NCBI GenBank assembly: GCA_964304625.1
Contig: OZ199838.1
Location: 12,529,843-12,593,842 of the forward strand
Direction of reading: 5' to 3'
Length of the DNA stretch: 64,000 bases
Origin: Kudoa neothunni
Lineage: Eukaryota; Animalia; Cnidaria
Positions within the stretch are counted from its first letter, which is position 1; the number at the start of each line of letters is the position of its first letter. Made by a program: the position numbers and the translations under genes. Below are positions 1 through 13,030 of the stretch, piece by piece. The notes beneath the pieces were generated by a model that was not told the origin of the DNA, searched no databases, and saw only the letters and a list, made by a program, of their open reading frames with translations.

Positions 1-727
1 GTCGAAAATTTTACTTTAAAGAATTATTTAAATTATTTAAAATGATGTTTATGGATTATGCAATAGTTTGTAGAAAAGAGCGTATTTAAATTGATCCTGA
101 ACGAAACTGGGTAAAATTTGAACAAAAAATTAATTCTTTCAAATATTCTTCAATCCCTTAATTTTCTAACTATTTTTATGATCTCACTAACATGATTAAA
201 GTTTAATTTCACATACGGCAATCGTTGCAAGCATTAGAATTAAATTATGTACCAGTTTAATTACTTCTATAAGTTAATTGAATAATTTTTTTTTAATTTT
301 CAGAGGTTTTTCAATACGAAATATTTCAAATTTCCAACCAAGCTGGGAGGTTCGGGCTAATTATACATTAATATTATTAGATTTGACTCCATACCATAAA
401 TATGAAATCGAATAAAATTTCGAATAAAGTTGATAATAATCATTTTTTGTTATTACTAAATACGATTCAATAATACATTCGCAATATTTATTAATTATAA
501 TTTAAGGTCACAAATAGTCATTATTTTTTAAGATTTAAAAATAATGCTATAACCACAGCTCTATGTGAAAAAATTATAATTCGTGATTGATCATTTAAAT
601 AACTTTCAAAGTAAATACCACTTTTCTTATCAATGCTATATTATGTAAAATTTAATATAGAATAATATTGTTGTAGAAGTTATGAAATTGCTAGAATTTC
701 AAAAATATTCTGCCGAAACATGCAGAA

Positions 728-3061
728 TTATCTTAGGCCATCCCACAGGGCCAGGATTAACTTGTAAAACTTGTTTAGCTTAGAGAGAGGCTTGTCCGTC
801 GGATGAACCCAGGAAGAATTAGTTTGGCGACCGAATACTATATGGTGGTAGTTTTCAGTTATGGTTCTGTTGGACCGCATTCGTACAGTAAATTCTGCCC
901 ACGAAGAAGGAGACAAATCTTGTAGATGGAATTCGCTCTAAATTATTCTAGAGTGTATAAAAACATAAAAGGATTAACTTTGGCGCTATATAATAATTTC
1001 CATTGAATTTTTCGTTTAGATTTTGCTTCATCGATATCATAATAATAAGTGTGATGGTCGACAATATTCTATAAATTAGTTGAATTTAGGATAAATTTGA
1101 TTCTAAAATGATACATGGCTTATAGCATCAATTTCGTATAAACGAAAACGAGGATTTAAATTAGTAAATGGCGTCACCGAAGGGGAGATATATATAACAC
1201 TATGGAACAGAATTCATTGTAACTCCCGTTGCCGACCAAGTTTCATGATAATACTGTTTGGGTATGGTCTTGGTTTTTGTATCGTATCGCACAAGGAAAT
1301 CATCAATGTGGTGATGACCCGCAAATATCACTTGGACAGTAGTGGAGAACCTCTCAAGAATTTGGTCAAAGTTTTTTTTCCAAATATCCTCACAATCACC
1401 TTTCGGTGGTATGTGCGTTATTATGTGGACCTAATAGTCAACCATTTGCCGTCATACTACTATTGAAATACATTCAAGCCTTTAACTTCAGCGTCAAGTA
1501 ACTCGTTTATTAGCCATTTCAGTTGATCGTACGGATCAACATTATCATAGTATAGCCACATATTTTTAGTGTAGCAGAACATTGAGTTTATTTGCACAAG
1601 TTTTAATGAGGGTTTCACCATTACGCTATAGAATCCTCCGCTACATAATATTTATTCGAAAACAAAAACCACCAATCATTTTATTTTGCACACACGATTA
1701 TTTATGTTTTAAAAATAGAATGAAGTGAGCATTATGGATTAACTCTCATTTGCCAGAAAAAACAGCGTAAAATACCCTCGTATAGTTTGACGCGTAGTTG
1801 ATGGGAGCCATAACGACCAGACATCAGCTAATTCAGTGTAGAGCCATGATATATTGTAATATTTTTCATTTTGGCTGGTGGGGAAGCTATAAATAAAATT
1901 TCAAATAAGCTAAAATATATAAAAATTACAAACTCGTCGGAAATGATTCATGATTTCCAATCGAAGGATATATTGGAATATTTTTAAAGTATCCTTTTAA
2001 TGTACCGTAAATCTCATTGATTGATGTTTGCTTATGAATTAGTCAAATAAAATATCAAAGTCCATAACTACCACATTTGAACGGGACCCTAACCAAACGT
2101 CGTGGGGTAATATATCTCCGGTCATAATAATATAATCAATCTTATAGAATATTTAAGATTATGCAACATAATTAATTTTTAAATACACCCGATAATGAGG
2201 TGGCAAAGTCCAACAAGCTTTGCAAAATGAATTTGTTCGTATCACATTTATATTCGCCATATTTCGAGGCTGGGGTTTTCGCTAAAATTGTTATCATAAT
2301 AACACTAAATATACCCTATACTTGTGGAATCGTCGTTAGAAGATCTTCTACAACACAGTGGATATACGCATAAGACTTCGGACCCAATTTCGTACATATC
2401 ATCAAAATGAATATCCGAGATTTGCAATATTTTATAGGTGGTTATTGTTTGAGTTGACTATGGATATTATATTTTTCGCGCATCTAGTATGATTAGTAAA
2501 CTTTTTGTGATTCTGGATGAACACTTTTTTCATTTGTAGCCTCCTGAATTTGCCGGGGAGAGTTTGGCGGAATATCCACTGACCAATTGTACAGAAAACT
2601 TGGTGATAGCTTGCACAATTTTTCAGGTAATAAAGCTCCATCTAATGCAATTGTTTCAATTGTTCTGTAATATATTTTGTCCAGATCCCTGCAAAAGTTT
2701 CCATTATACATATACGCGCACACGACAAAAGCAAAGTAATGAGTTATGGGCCTTAAAATAGTCTTCATGTATGCTGTCTTAGTGACTTGTAGCCCAAATG
2801 CACACAACTTATAAGTAAGTGTCTGTGAAGAATATTTTTCTAAATTTGCAATCATTGAGGCGGGCTACTCTCTTAGATACCAGTTTTTTCCTGTAATCCT
2901 GGGTCACTCTTCAAATTAACAATATTTGGGTTTGTTTTCCACAAGCAAAAATATATTATTATAGTCACCTTACCCACAAACATTATTTCGAAAATATTAT
3001 GAAGGTCTAGCCGATTTGTAGTATTCTGACAGATTAATCTTTCATCCCACTCATTATACAT
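728..3061 (-). CDS. SMPD1: Acid sphingomyelinase (SMPD1-like), multi-exon, saposin-like N-terminus plus metallophosphoesterase domain
   Basis: Minus-strand exons read KILQISDIHFDDMYEIGSEVLCVYPLCCR (~2340-2432), PASKYGEYKCD, IIMTGDILPHDVW (~2100-2130), IYPSIGNHESFP (~1940-1975) and C-terminal LQDLSPSSWAEFTVRM. A Cys-containing saposin-like exon with the NWSVDIPP linker lies at 2493-2855. 5' and 3' ends are approximate. Confidence 0.9.
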
Positions 3062-4351
3062 GACATTTATTATGAAGATACATCAGTATTACCATTTATT
3101 TATTGTTAATGTGGGTTTCCCTGAATAAATGTGTTTAGAGTAAATATATATTGAAATGATTAAGAGAGTTTAATTCTCATAAAATTCAGGAAAATTTTAT
3201 AATTTTTGCAATATTCGGTAATTGTAGTTTTGAAGCGGAATTGATACTTAAGTAGTTTAAGAAATAAAATAGAGTTAAAATTACCCAAGTAAGCCTTACG
3301 AAAGCAAACCCGTTTTCGAGTGATGCTTCGGGTTATCCGTTTAATTCATTTTACATTTACCGCCTAGCTAAATGCTACATCGTGTTATTTCGACAGAAAA
3401 ATTTTTTTATCAATTAATCCTAAAAAAATAACGCAACTTGAATTTTATTTTTAGATCATATAAAAATAATTCTAAACATAATTTTGGTTTCCCATTTTTA
3501 AACGGGGAAAATATTCCAATTATGCGTTTGTCACATCTGCACATCAACGATAAAATTGGGAATAATTGATTGTTGTCGGTAAAAATCAGTTAATTTTAGT
3601 TGTACTCTGTCACAATCAATGATTGCAATTATTAATATTTTTTAGAGGTATATTATCATATTAATTGTGAATAATTGAAGCTAGATTCTTATTTATCAAA
3701 TCAATCAGCCGTCAATATTAAAAATTTGAATAAAACTTGTTATTAACCTTCTAATGGACTGAAAATCGACTGCACTCCGATGGATTCTGGGGTAGTTTTC
3801 TACCCCAGATTTTTATTTTATCGCTTTTTACAAAAAAATTCAGTAAGAAGAAATATTGAAGATTTTGATGGATGAAAAAAATAATAAAGAGTTATAGCGC
3901 AAATGAATTCGTTAATAATCCTACAAATATCACTTTTGCAACAGCCGTCGGATTAGTTTTTAATTCTGACTTCGATTGGCTGTGTTGTTCTAATTAAAGC
4001 TTTTAAAATTAAAATATTAATCTATATAATTCCTCAGCCTGTTTTTTGTGTCATAAGTAAACCGCATTTAACGCCAACAAGACTCAAAAGCATTTATTAG
4101 GTGGTTCTAACATCAAAATTTATCGCAAATTGCATACACAAACGTTGATTTTTAACCCATTTTCTTGGAATAAAGATTAAAGGCGGTTTAAAATTCTTGG
4201 TTGCCGTAATTTTCTCCGTTAATAATTCATATAGTAATCTCGGCATGATTTCAAGAACTCCCTCCGAAAAATATCATCACCAAAATACGTTTTTATATAC
4301 AATCATGTGATCTATTTACAGTTTGTAAGCGTTATATCGTAAAATCTAGAC

Positions 4352-6268
4352 CAGTGGTTCTTAACCTGGGTTAGATGAAAAAATTCCAAATTTCAGATCA
4401 AATCTAGGATTAATATTTTTTATAATTTTAATATTTTAAATAAACCTTCTATTGGTTGTATTTATAATCCTAATTAAAAGCTATTTTAAAAAGATAATAA
4501 TGATGAATTAAAAAATTATTGATAATTTAATTACAATTATTATTTGAGTGTTTGAAATTCTTTTCGAGTTACCTGATTAGTACAATCACTTGTAACGAGT
4601 TACTGGGTTTACTGCGCGGCAGTGTTATTTGTTTGCTAATTTTCTGAGGGTTACTGGAAATAAATATTGGCTCGTTGAATATTTAACAAAAAAAGAAAGT
4701 GGTCAAATGATTTCGTACAGTTCGGGTTTACCTATGTTACGGAACTTAATGGTATTCAACGATCTCTTTGCATGATATGCAACTCGAAGTTAAGTAATTC
4801 TAGTTTAGTATCAGCGAAACTAAAGGAGCATTTCACAAATATCCATGGAGACTTTGCATACAGGAATATAACTCTTTCCGAACTTGAAGCAAAAAGAGCA
4901 AGATATGATGAAAGAACTACGTTGCAAAATTTTGGATTTGATAATATTGATAAGCTTATCTTAACAGCAACATATGAAGTTTCATATCGCATTGGCAAAC
5001 AAGGTAAACCTCACAATATTGGTGAAACGCTCGTTGAACCTGCCGCGTTGAAGATGGCAAATATTTTATTGGGAAGTGTTGCAAAAAAAATTAGTACAAA
5101 TTCCTTTGTCAAATGATACCGTTAAGAAAAGAATTGATGATATGAGTAAAGATATTTTTGATCAATTAATTTCTGATCTAATTTTAAGTAAAGAGAAGTT
5201 TAGTTTACAATTCGACGAAACTACTGACATCTCAAATCTAAATCAACTGGTTTCGTTTGTTAGATATTTGAAAAATGGTGTGATAGTTGAAGATTTTCTT
5301 TTTTGCAAACCTTTAACAACAACTACCAGGGCAGTGGATGTTAAGAAAGTTGTCGATGAGTTTTTCAAGAGCAATGGACTTTAATGGAATATGGTTTGTT
5401 CTATTTGCACTGATGGGTGCCCCAGCTATGCTGGGACGTAACTCTGGTTTTTGTGCTCTCATGAAAGCAGATGCACCTCATATTATTGTTACGCATTACA
5501 TTTTACATAGATATGCATTAGTAACAAAGAATATGCCTCCAAGGCTGGCAGAAGTGTTGAAAATCGTTATCGATTGTGTAAATTTTGTGAGACAGTGCTT
5601 TGAGTCATCGAATCTTCAAATATTTGTGCAACGATTTGGACATTTTATCTTTTGAATTAAAGGAAATAATTGCTGCACATTAGGAAGAACTTTCTAACTC
5701 ATTCGATGGCTATTTCCCTTCTAAAAATTCATTCCACGACTGGGTGAGGCAACCACTTAGCTTCGTTACTTCAGCTGAGGACGCCAATAATAAATATTTT
5801 GATGAACTTCAACACAACAAAATTCAAAAACAACTTTTCGAAAAAGTTTCACCATCAACCTTTTGGATAAATTAAATTGAGAAAGATGCTACAATTTCGA
5901 TGTAGGCTTTGGAAGTTTTTCTTCCTTTCGTAACAACTTACCTGTGCGAAAAATCATTTTCAAGATTGGTCATCATAAAAAGCGAGTTAAGAAATAAGCT
6001 TTTCTATGAAAGCGATATGCATATTGCTCTCACCAACATTTTGCCTCGTAGTACGGAATTGGTTGCAAAAAAACAAGAACAAAAATCGCACTAATTAGCT
6101 TTATATTAATTTGATTTTTACATTGTGAAATTTTTATGATGTGCCAAATATATATTAAATTATAATGCATTTTATTTAAAATTTAAAAAATTTTATGTTT
6201 GGGGGTTCGACGAGGCGTGCTATAAGGTAGTAGTGGTTCGGCCACTCCTAAAAGGTTAAGAATCACTG
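4352..6268 (+). mobile_element. hAT Buster-family transposon with frameshifted, internally deleted transposase (ZBED5/SCAND3-like)
   Basis: 16-bp TIRs CAGTGGTTCTTAACCT / AGGTTAAGAATCACTG with 1 mismatch. Perfect 8-bp TSD ATCTAGAC (4344-4351, 6269-6276) with the central TA typical of Buster. ORF pieces carry KPHNIGETLVEP, PLSNDTVKKRI, FSLQFDETTD and LPFVTTYLCEKSFS. Confidence 0.93.
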
Positions 6269-6505
6269 ATCTAGACTATAGAAAAGCCCAAAACTCATCA
6301 TTTACGCTAAAAATTATCATTTCTTTAACTGTAGCTAAAAAAATTGTGGGGTAGTTTTCTACCCTAAAGTCCATCGGAGGGTGGATAATGTATATTTCCG
6401 CCAACAGAATGGACACAAATTATTTTATTTTAATATGTAAATAAAATTATTTGGAAGAAATACAAGTAATCTCAGAAAGTTTGAAATTATAAGTATGGAT
6501 CGTAG

Positions 6506-6699
6506 TTTTCGACGTTTATTATGCGCGCCAATTCTAATGAACAAGTTTAACGTCTACATTATTTTCATTTTATGTGTAAATTGCAGCGGGATTATAATAA
6601 AAAATAGTCACGAATTGATCTTATTATTTTTGAAGTTAGGACTTTTTTATTGCAGAATAAAAGGTCACGATATTCGGCGCGCATAATAAACGTCGAAAA
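6506..6699. repeat. Small MITE-like element with perfect 24-bp inverted repeats
   Basis: TTTTCGACGTTTATTATGCGCGCC (6506-6529) and its exact reverse complement (6676-6699). Confidence 0.7.
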
Positions 6700-9600
6700 T
6701 TGCATTCCCTAATTACAAGTAACGAATTATACAATAAACCAAGTCTCATTATGGTAGATTTCTACCCTAAATCTATTGGAGGGTAAACTACAGTTTTGTT
6801 TTAGCCATTATTTGCCTAATAAAATTAGAAATATTTTTTCCCTAAAATCAAACTAATAAAATAACGCAGTGCGCTAGATTGTATAAAACCCTTATTAATG
6901 TCTATTATTTTAACGAAAACGATCGTAATAGACGAATAATCATTTTTATTTTAGTTATAAGATTATATATGTTCATAAATTATTTTTACTACATTTAATC
7001 CTAACCAATCAACGTTATAATTGATTTCGTTTTACATTATTGTCTACTATACAAAAAGTAAATATAAAATCGAGATGAAAAACGTGGAAAAATAATAAAT
7101 AAATAATACATGATACCATAACACTACCGTAATATAATAACAAAGATGAGTAAAAAAATATTACAAATGTGTGAATTTAAAGAGATGATTCAAATCCTTG
7201 TTTCAAAAATAAAGACTGATTAAAAATAATTTGTCAATATTGACCTTATGAATGTAGAAAGGGGTATTTAACCATTTCGTGCCGGATATCCGGTATACGG
7301 GACAACATTTAATACCAATTTTTATGAAATGTTAAAAGGTATTTTCAGAAAATAAATATCGGGTTTAAGTTAAAATTATCGATTTAAATTTATACATTTA
7401 TTTCATCGATAAATAAAAATTCAGATGTAAAAGTGTTAAGGTTTTTAAAGTTGCATAAATTGATGGCTGAAATACAGAATAGTGGCCGCATGTACCGATC
7501 AAAGATTGAAATTATATCGGACATTAATCCCACACTTTTTAAATCAAATCAGTATGATATTTGTTGAACATTTAATGATGCGAACGAAAGGATTTCATCC
7601 AATAAATTATTTTTGATATTAACCTTATGCATTTGATACAATTAATCTTCTAACGTATATATAATAGGTAATTCTTATTCTTAGAGACATATAATTAATA
7701 ACAGGGGATAGCTAACGAGAAAATTGTGACAATCCATTAAAATCACAATTGTCGTACTCAAATTTAAAGAGAAATAAATGTTATGTTATTCGATTGAGTG
7801 TTAGTGCCTGTAAGAATAATTAAGAGGTGCTTGGAATTCAATATAATATTACAACAATTATTGTTGATAACTAATTTAAAGCAGGAAAGTAACCTAATAA
7901 TGATGCAACACTGATAAATACAAAAACTAAAATCATTAACAGTTTCGTTAGTGTCCGTTGTCGCTGATTAGAATTACTACCACCATTCTGCATTTTAATT
8001 GTTTTTATCATTAATTGAAGAAGCCTTAATTTTTTAACAATTTTTATATTTCACATAATTTTTAAAATTATTGCGCAAACGTAAACTATGCAATAGTCGG
8101 ATTATACATTAAATGAGGGAGCAATTTACTGCACAATATAAAGTAAGTCGTATACAGGATTTGCCGTATACAGTAGGTAATCGATTTTCCGTAATCTCCT
8201 TGGGACCATGGAAAAGTTACTGAAAATGCATCACTGACAAATTTTACGTACTTTTATGCGTGCGCAGGTAATCAAAAAATTTTGTATTGAATATAATAAA
8301 GTTTACAATTATATATTATTGATTAGATTTTTATATTTTTAACATAAATTTAAGAAAATCTGGTGGATATGCATTTATATCGCTATCATTTTCAATAATT
8401 TGGTTTCTAACCGAAATACTTTTGTAGTTGGACTTTGAAAAATAAATAATTCGCTTATTGAGATATAATGGTTGATTTGATGAATTTTTTGAAAAATATA
8501 AGAATGCCGTTGTATAATTTAGTTTCATTGTTAAAAGTTGAGATACAGAGATATACATACAAATTGTTAGCAATATTTTTGAAATTACTTTTTTAGCAAT
8601 GTAGGTATATTTTAAATGTTTCATCATCGTTCCTGCTTTCTTATTTACTCATATTAAATGGGTAAATTTTTACTGCCGTTGAAAACCCGTTCGTTAAGTC
8701 ATGTAATGACAAATCAAAGAACGATCCGAACAGCTACCAGAAGTGAACGTATAAAATTAACTCATAAATCATTGTATGTATCTTTGCTATACGTGAATTG
8801 GATTCCAGACGTAAATCAAAGTTAATTTTAAAAAATTTATACATATTAAAATTATTTGGCGTTGTTTTGTTGTTTGAAAAATGTAGTCATATAAATTGTG
8901 CAAATAAGATCGCCAGAAGATCTCGCAGCAATATTACTCAATTTGTTATACTAGTTATGCTAAGAGTTTTGGGTGCATAAATGGCCACCAACGCAAATTT
9001 ATCATTTTTAAATTGAAGCGCGACCTGTAACCATAAAGACTCCTAAAATTAATAGTTTTTTTAATTGAACTCTTACTATTTTTTACACATTTAATCGTCT
9101 ATAATAAATCTGATTTCTTGATTATAATGTCTATAATCAATTATAAACTATGGCATGAAAAATTATTATTTGATTCCACATCCAGAATGTTTCTTTTGAA
9201 TAAATCCAAACTTCTTTTATACGAGGAAATTAAATCGACATTCTTTTTTCGGAGTTTTCAAATCAGAAATATGTGCAAACTCAAAATCGTGAAATGTAAA
9301 AGATTTATCGGCTTTCATTCGCAAATTTTTAAATAATGGAAAAATAACGTAAAATAGATAACCTCTATTTTTTATAAAAAAATATCTTATAAATTATTTT
9401 TTTTAATTGTTACTTACAATTACATGAAATAAACTGTCTTAAGTTACAAAAATGGTATTGGCTCTGATAATTACGTATAAGAGAAAAAAAAGTAAAAGTA
9501 CGGAAAATCAATTACCTACTGCATAACGAAATTATTATTCTTATATTATTTACATTGAACTACAAATGTAATTAGTTTTGATTATAATGATTGGATCAAC

Positions 9601-9728
9601 CGAATATACGTAGTAGGTAATTGTATCGGCTCACTATGCAATATCAAACGACAATTGTATATAGATAAGATTTTATAATAAAATAGAAACTCTGATGCTC
9701 TAAAAAGGGTTATACAAATTATGATTAA

Positions 9729-11629
9729 CCCTCTGGAGCACGCGTGGGGTCTTTTAGACCCCATGAAGAAAATGATGAAAATAAAACGTTATATTTAAAC
9801 AAATATTTATCTTTTGACATAAAAATCGTTACATATAACTTTAGAATGTTTTTTGCAAATATTGCCTTAATAAATATCGCATTTTGATTGCGTTTAAGAT
9901 CATTTTACCTAACATATATATGACATCTTCTTCTGTCTGCAACAGTATATATTTGTTCACATTCTTTTATTTTTCCTTATCAACATTAATATTATTATTA
10001 AATAAATGAATGAATGAATGAATGTGTACTATTACGATTCATTTGTTGCTCTAGTAATTGTATTGTTAACAATTTTAAGAATTCTTTCCTCCGAATATTT
10101 TTCTTTGTATGTAAACAATAAATTAAATATGAATTTATTGAAATTACATCTAGAAGCGCATGAAATATTATTGCTGGCCATCTTCGGATGGTTCTATATG
10201 TAGAATAATTGGCGCACATTTGGTCGATTGTGTCTACATCTCCTTTGGTGGAATTGTAAAATGAAATAATTTATGGAAGTTCCTGAGGATGATTTGAGTC
10301 GATTACTAGTTGTTGGTGAAAAGAACTCATTAATATGACGGATATGTTTTTTTCGGAGTATACGACAGCAATGTAAAATCATTGGTAAAGCCAAACATGG
10401 ATGAATATACCTCTTTTGTCTTCGTTAGTAGAAATTCCGAAGGAACCTCCTTTTCATTTTTTCTAATAGTACCACATGCAGTGATATCATGTTTCAGTAA
10501 TTCTTTGAGGAGAGGAACTGAGGTAAACCAATTATCTGCCATAAAGTTTCTACCAGAACCTAATATTGGTTCAACTAATCGCAATACCAATCTCTTGAGG
10601 AGTTATCAACTTTGCGAAACTCAACATTTTGAGCACCTAAGTACACCTCAATATTTAAGGTATAGAATGTTTTAGCATCAGCCATATTAAAAATTTGTAT
10701 GACATTTTGCGGGCTTTAACGGCATGTATTGCTTAAAAATACAGTTTCCCCTAAATGCTCGAAACATTTCGAATATTGTTAAATATTCTATTGGAGTATA
10801 ATATTCTATGAAATTTTATTTTATGCGGCTAGTAATATATCTAATTTTAAAGTGTCTATCATTAGACGACTCCAATGTTAATGAAGAATCATTCGCAAAA
10901 CGTAGACAACGTTTCAACAACTTAAATCTATTTTGGCCGAATAATTTCTCGCAAGTTGGAAATCCAAAGATATCATGTGTTCAGAGTTCATTCATATTGG
11001 TTAAAGTAGCTTTTTACTCCAAGAAAATAATGTAAACATATAAACGCTTTTATCTCGCATAAATCAAATTCAACACAATCTCTTTCTTTTGAAATTAGTT
11101 TGTGTTTTTTTAGATGGACATTTGTGAATGTAATATGTCGTACAATATTTCGTCTGTAATAAACAAGCTCCATATCTCAGACTCCGTATTCACATTATCA
11201 GGAAGATTGGTTGGATGCTTTTCTTGAATAATATCACGTTTTCTTTCTTTTTCATACAAACCGACTGGATTAGAAGACCATTCATAATCATTTCCGTGTA
11301 ATGTTTCTTTATTGGTATTTGGACAGGCAACAATCATTTCTTCATTGCTAAAGTCGTTGGAAATATCAGAATCAGATATCTCACGATATTCCGATAGTAT
11401 GTTATCAAAATAGGAGTCGGAGCAGTATGTCTCCGAATCCGACCAAAATGCATCATTGCTATCACAATGTATAAATTTTTCAAAATCCATATTTTTTAAA
11501 TCAATGTAATGTTCGTACAAAAAATATGCGAACAGAATTAATTACGAGTCGTTAGCTTAAACCAAAAAAATGTTATAGCAATATTAAAATCACGTGGGGT
11601 CTTTTAGACCCCACGCGTGCTCCGGAGGG
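9729..11629 (-). mobile_element. Complete-ended piggyBac transposon (PGBD4-like) with decayed transposase
   Basis: TTAA TSDs at 9725-9728 and 11630-11633. ~35-bp TIRs CCCTCYGGAGCACGCGTGGGGTCTWWWAGACCCCA. Transposase fragments GRNFMADNWFTSVPL, GTIRKNEKEVP, YNSTKGDVDTIDQMC and RRWP, broken by stops and frameshifts. (GAAT)n run at ~10005-10023. Confidence 0.93.
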
Positions 11630-12366
11630 TTAAAAGAGCTTTGCGACTTTCAAATATGTGTATCGGTTCGAAGGTTTTAAACTTTTCCTTAATTTTATTC
11701 GCATCTAAATTGTGTTCACCGTATGTGAAAATTTTATTAATAGAGTTAAGTTCCAAATCATTATCTGTATTTTTCTCTTCTGATTGACAACACGTCATTT
11801 CCTCCTCTTGAATTTTGCATTATACAGTCGGTCATCCATTTTGCATACTTTTTCTATGGTTTAGAAGGGATTGTGTAAAATCGATTGAATACTGTAAAAA
11901 TTTGTAACGTTTCAGGCATAAGATTTCAGAATTATTTAACGAATAAAATTCTTTAATTTTTCGAAAATGTATGGAAAGAATTTTGATTTAATTATATCCC
12001 AGAGTAAGGTACACGTATATTATTTTTCTGATCATTAGAGAGTTAGGGATAATAATTGATCGTGGAAATATTTTTATTTATTGAAACAATTAATGGACTT
12101 GATTTGTATATTAGTTTTTATGTTTTGACTAAAGACAAATTTTTGGTTCAAGTATAACAAATCGATATCAAAATGACTTCACCACTTAAATGTAATTAAA
12201 AGCTAAAAGATTTCATAAATCCTTCATAGGTTGAAATATTTTTTAGATTCATCAATGAATAAATGATAATTAGCGAGATTTCATTTCACGCGTTGATTGA
12301 TATTATATAGCACATTATTGCCAATAATTAACTGATAATTAAAAAAAGATTTTGAATTCTCATCAG

Positions 12367-12808
12367 ATGAACTGGATTATAGTGAGTTCGTTCTATTTAA
12401 TAGTGAATTCTTTCCTATCAAGTATTGTATCCCATGAAGATTTCGTAAAATTATGATTTTATAGGCGTCAATGGACACTTTGATAAAAATCAGAAGTGTA
12501 ATGGGAAAAGTATCCGTAAAAATCATAATTAAATTTATACTTATTGAATAGAGTGTGTTATGCCGGAATGTGACCCCCTAGGGGCAATATCAATGTGCTA
12601 TATGGACAATGTGGAATGCCCTCCACTCCACGAAAAAGTCACTAACGATGAGATATGCTCGAAAATTGGTGAACAATGTTGCAGGTCGATATGCCACGGG
12701 AATGGAACATTTTGTGTGGAAAACACTTTACCTTGTCCTAAGGGATTTTCTCGTATCACCGGAGATGATGTCAAGTGCCCATTCCAATTTTACAATTGTT
12801 GTGGATAA
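12367..12808 (+). CDS. Secreted Cys-rich protein with two tandem beta-defensin-like 6-Cys domains (3 exons, ~118 aa)
   Basis: Exons 12367-12421, 12465-12509 and 12552-12808, joined by 43- and 42-nt GT-AG introns in consistent phase, give MNWIIVSSFYLIVNSFLSSVNGHFDKNQKCNGKKCVMPECDPLGAISMCYMDNVECPPLHEKVTNDEICSKIGEQCCRSICHGNGTFCVENTLPCPKGFSRITGDDVKCPFQFYNCCG. The N-terminus is hydrophobic and signal-peptide-like. Confidence 0.8.
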
Positions 12809-13030
12809 ATCTCATCCTTCTAAAAGCTCATAGAAATATAATCTTATTGCCTTTTCGAATTTTTGATACAAGTTTTGATATTATGCGCATCGCGGATAAA
12901 TTTATCCTCACCGCAGAAACCACATAAATAACTCATTCTTAACATTATCACATTCAAACTCACAATTAATTTTAGCGCGACTTTAATAATAAAATGATCG
13001 AGAAATTACAAAAAGGTTGCTATAAAATCC

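Larger units (their letters stand above)
3747..6783. mobile_element. Non-autonomous piggyBac-like element(s) hosting nested insertions
   Basis: Left end TTAA|CCTTCTAATGGA..CTCCGATGGATTCTGGGGTAGTTTTCTACCCC. Two matching inverted right ends at ~6347-6381 (..CTACCCTAAAGTCCATCGGAGGG) and ~6752-6783 (..CTACCCTAAATCTATTGGAGGG|TAAA). Confidence 0.6.

Noticed and set aside
335-361. Isolated Helitron-like 3' ends (also ~45476-45503 and ~56198-56230 minus)
   Set aside because: Hairpin and CTRR-like ends are suggestive, but matching 5' ends could not be placed, so they are not called as elements.
6200-6245. GGTTCGA/GGTTCGG motifs resembling tRNA T-loops
   Set aside because: No cloverleaf; they are subterminal repeats of the Buster element.
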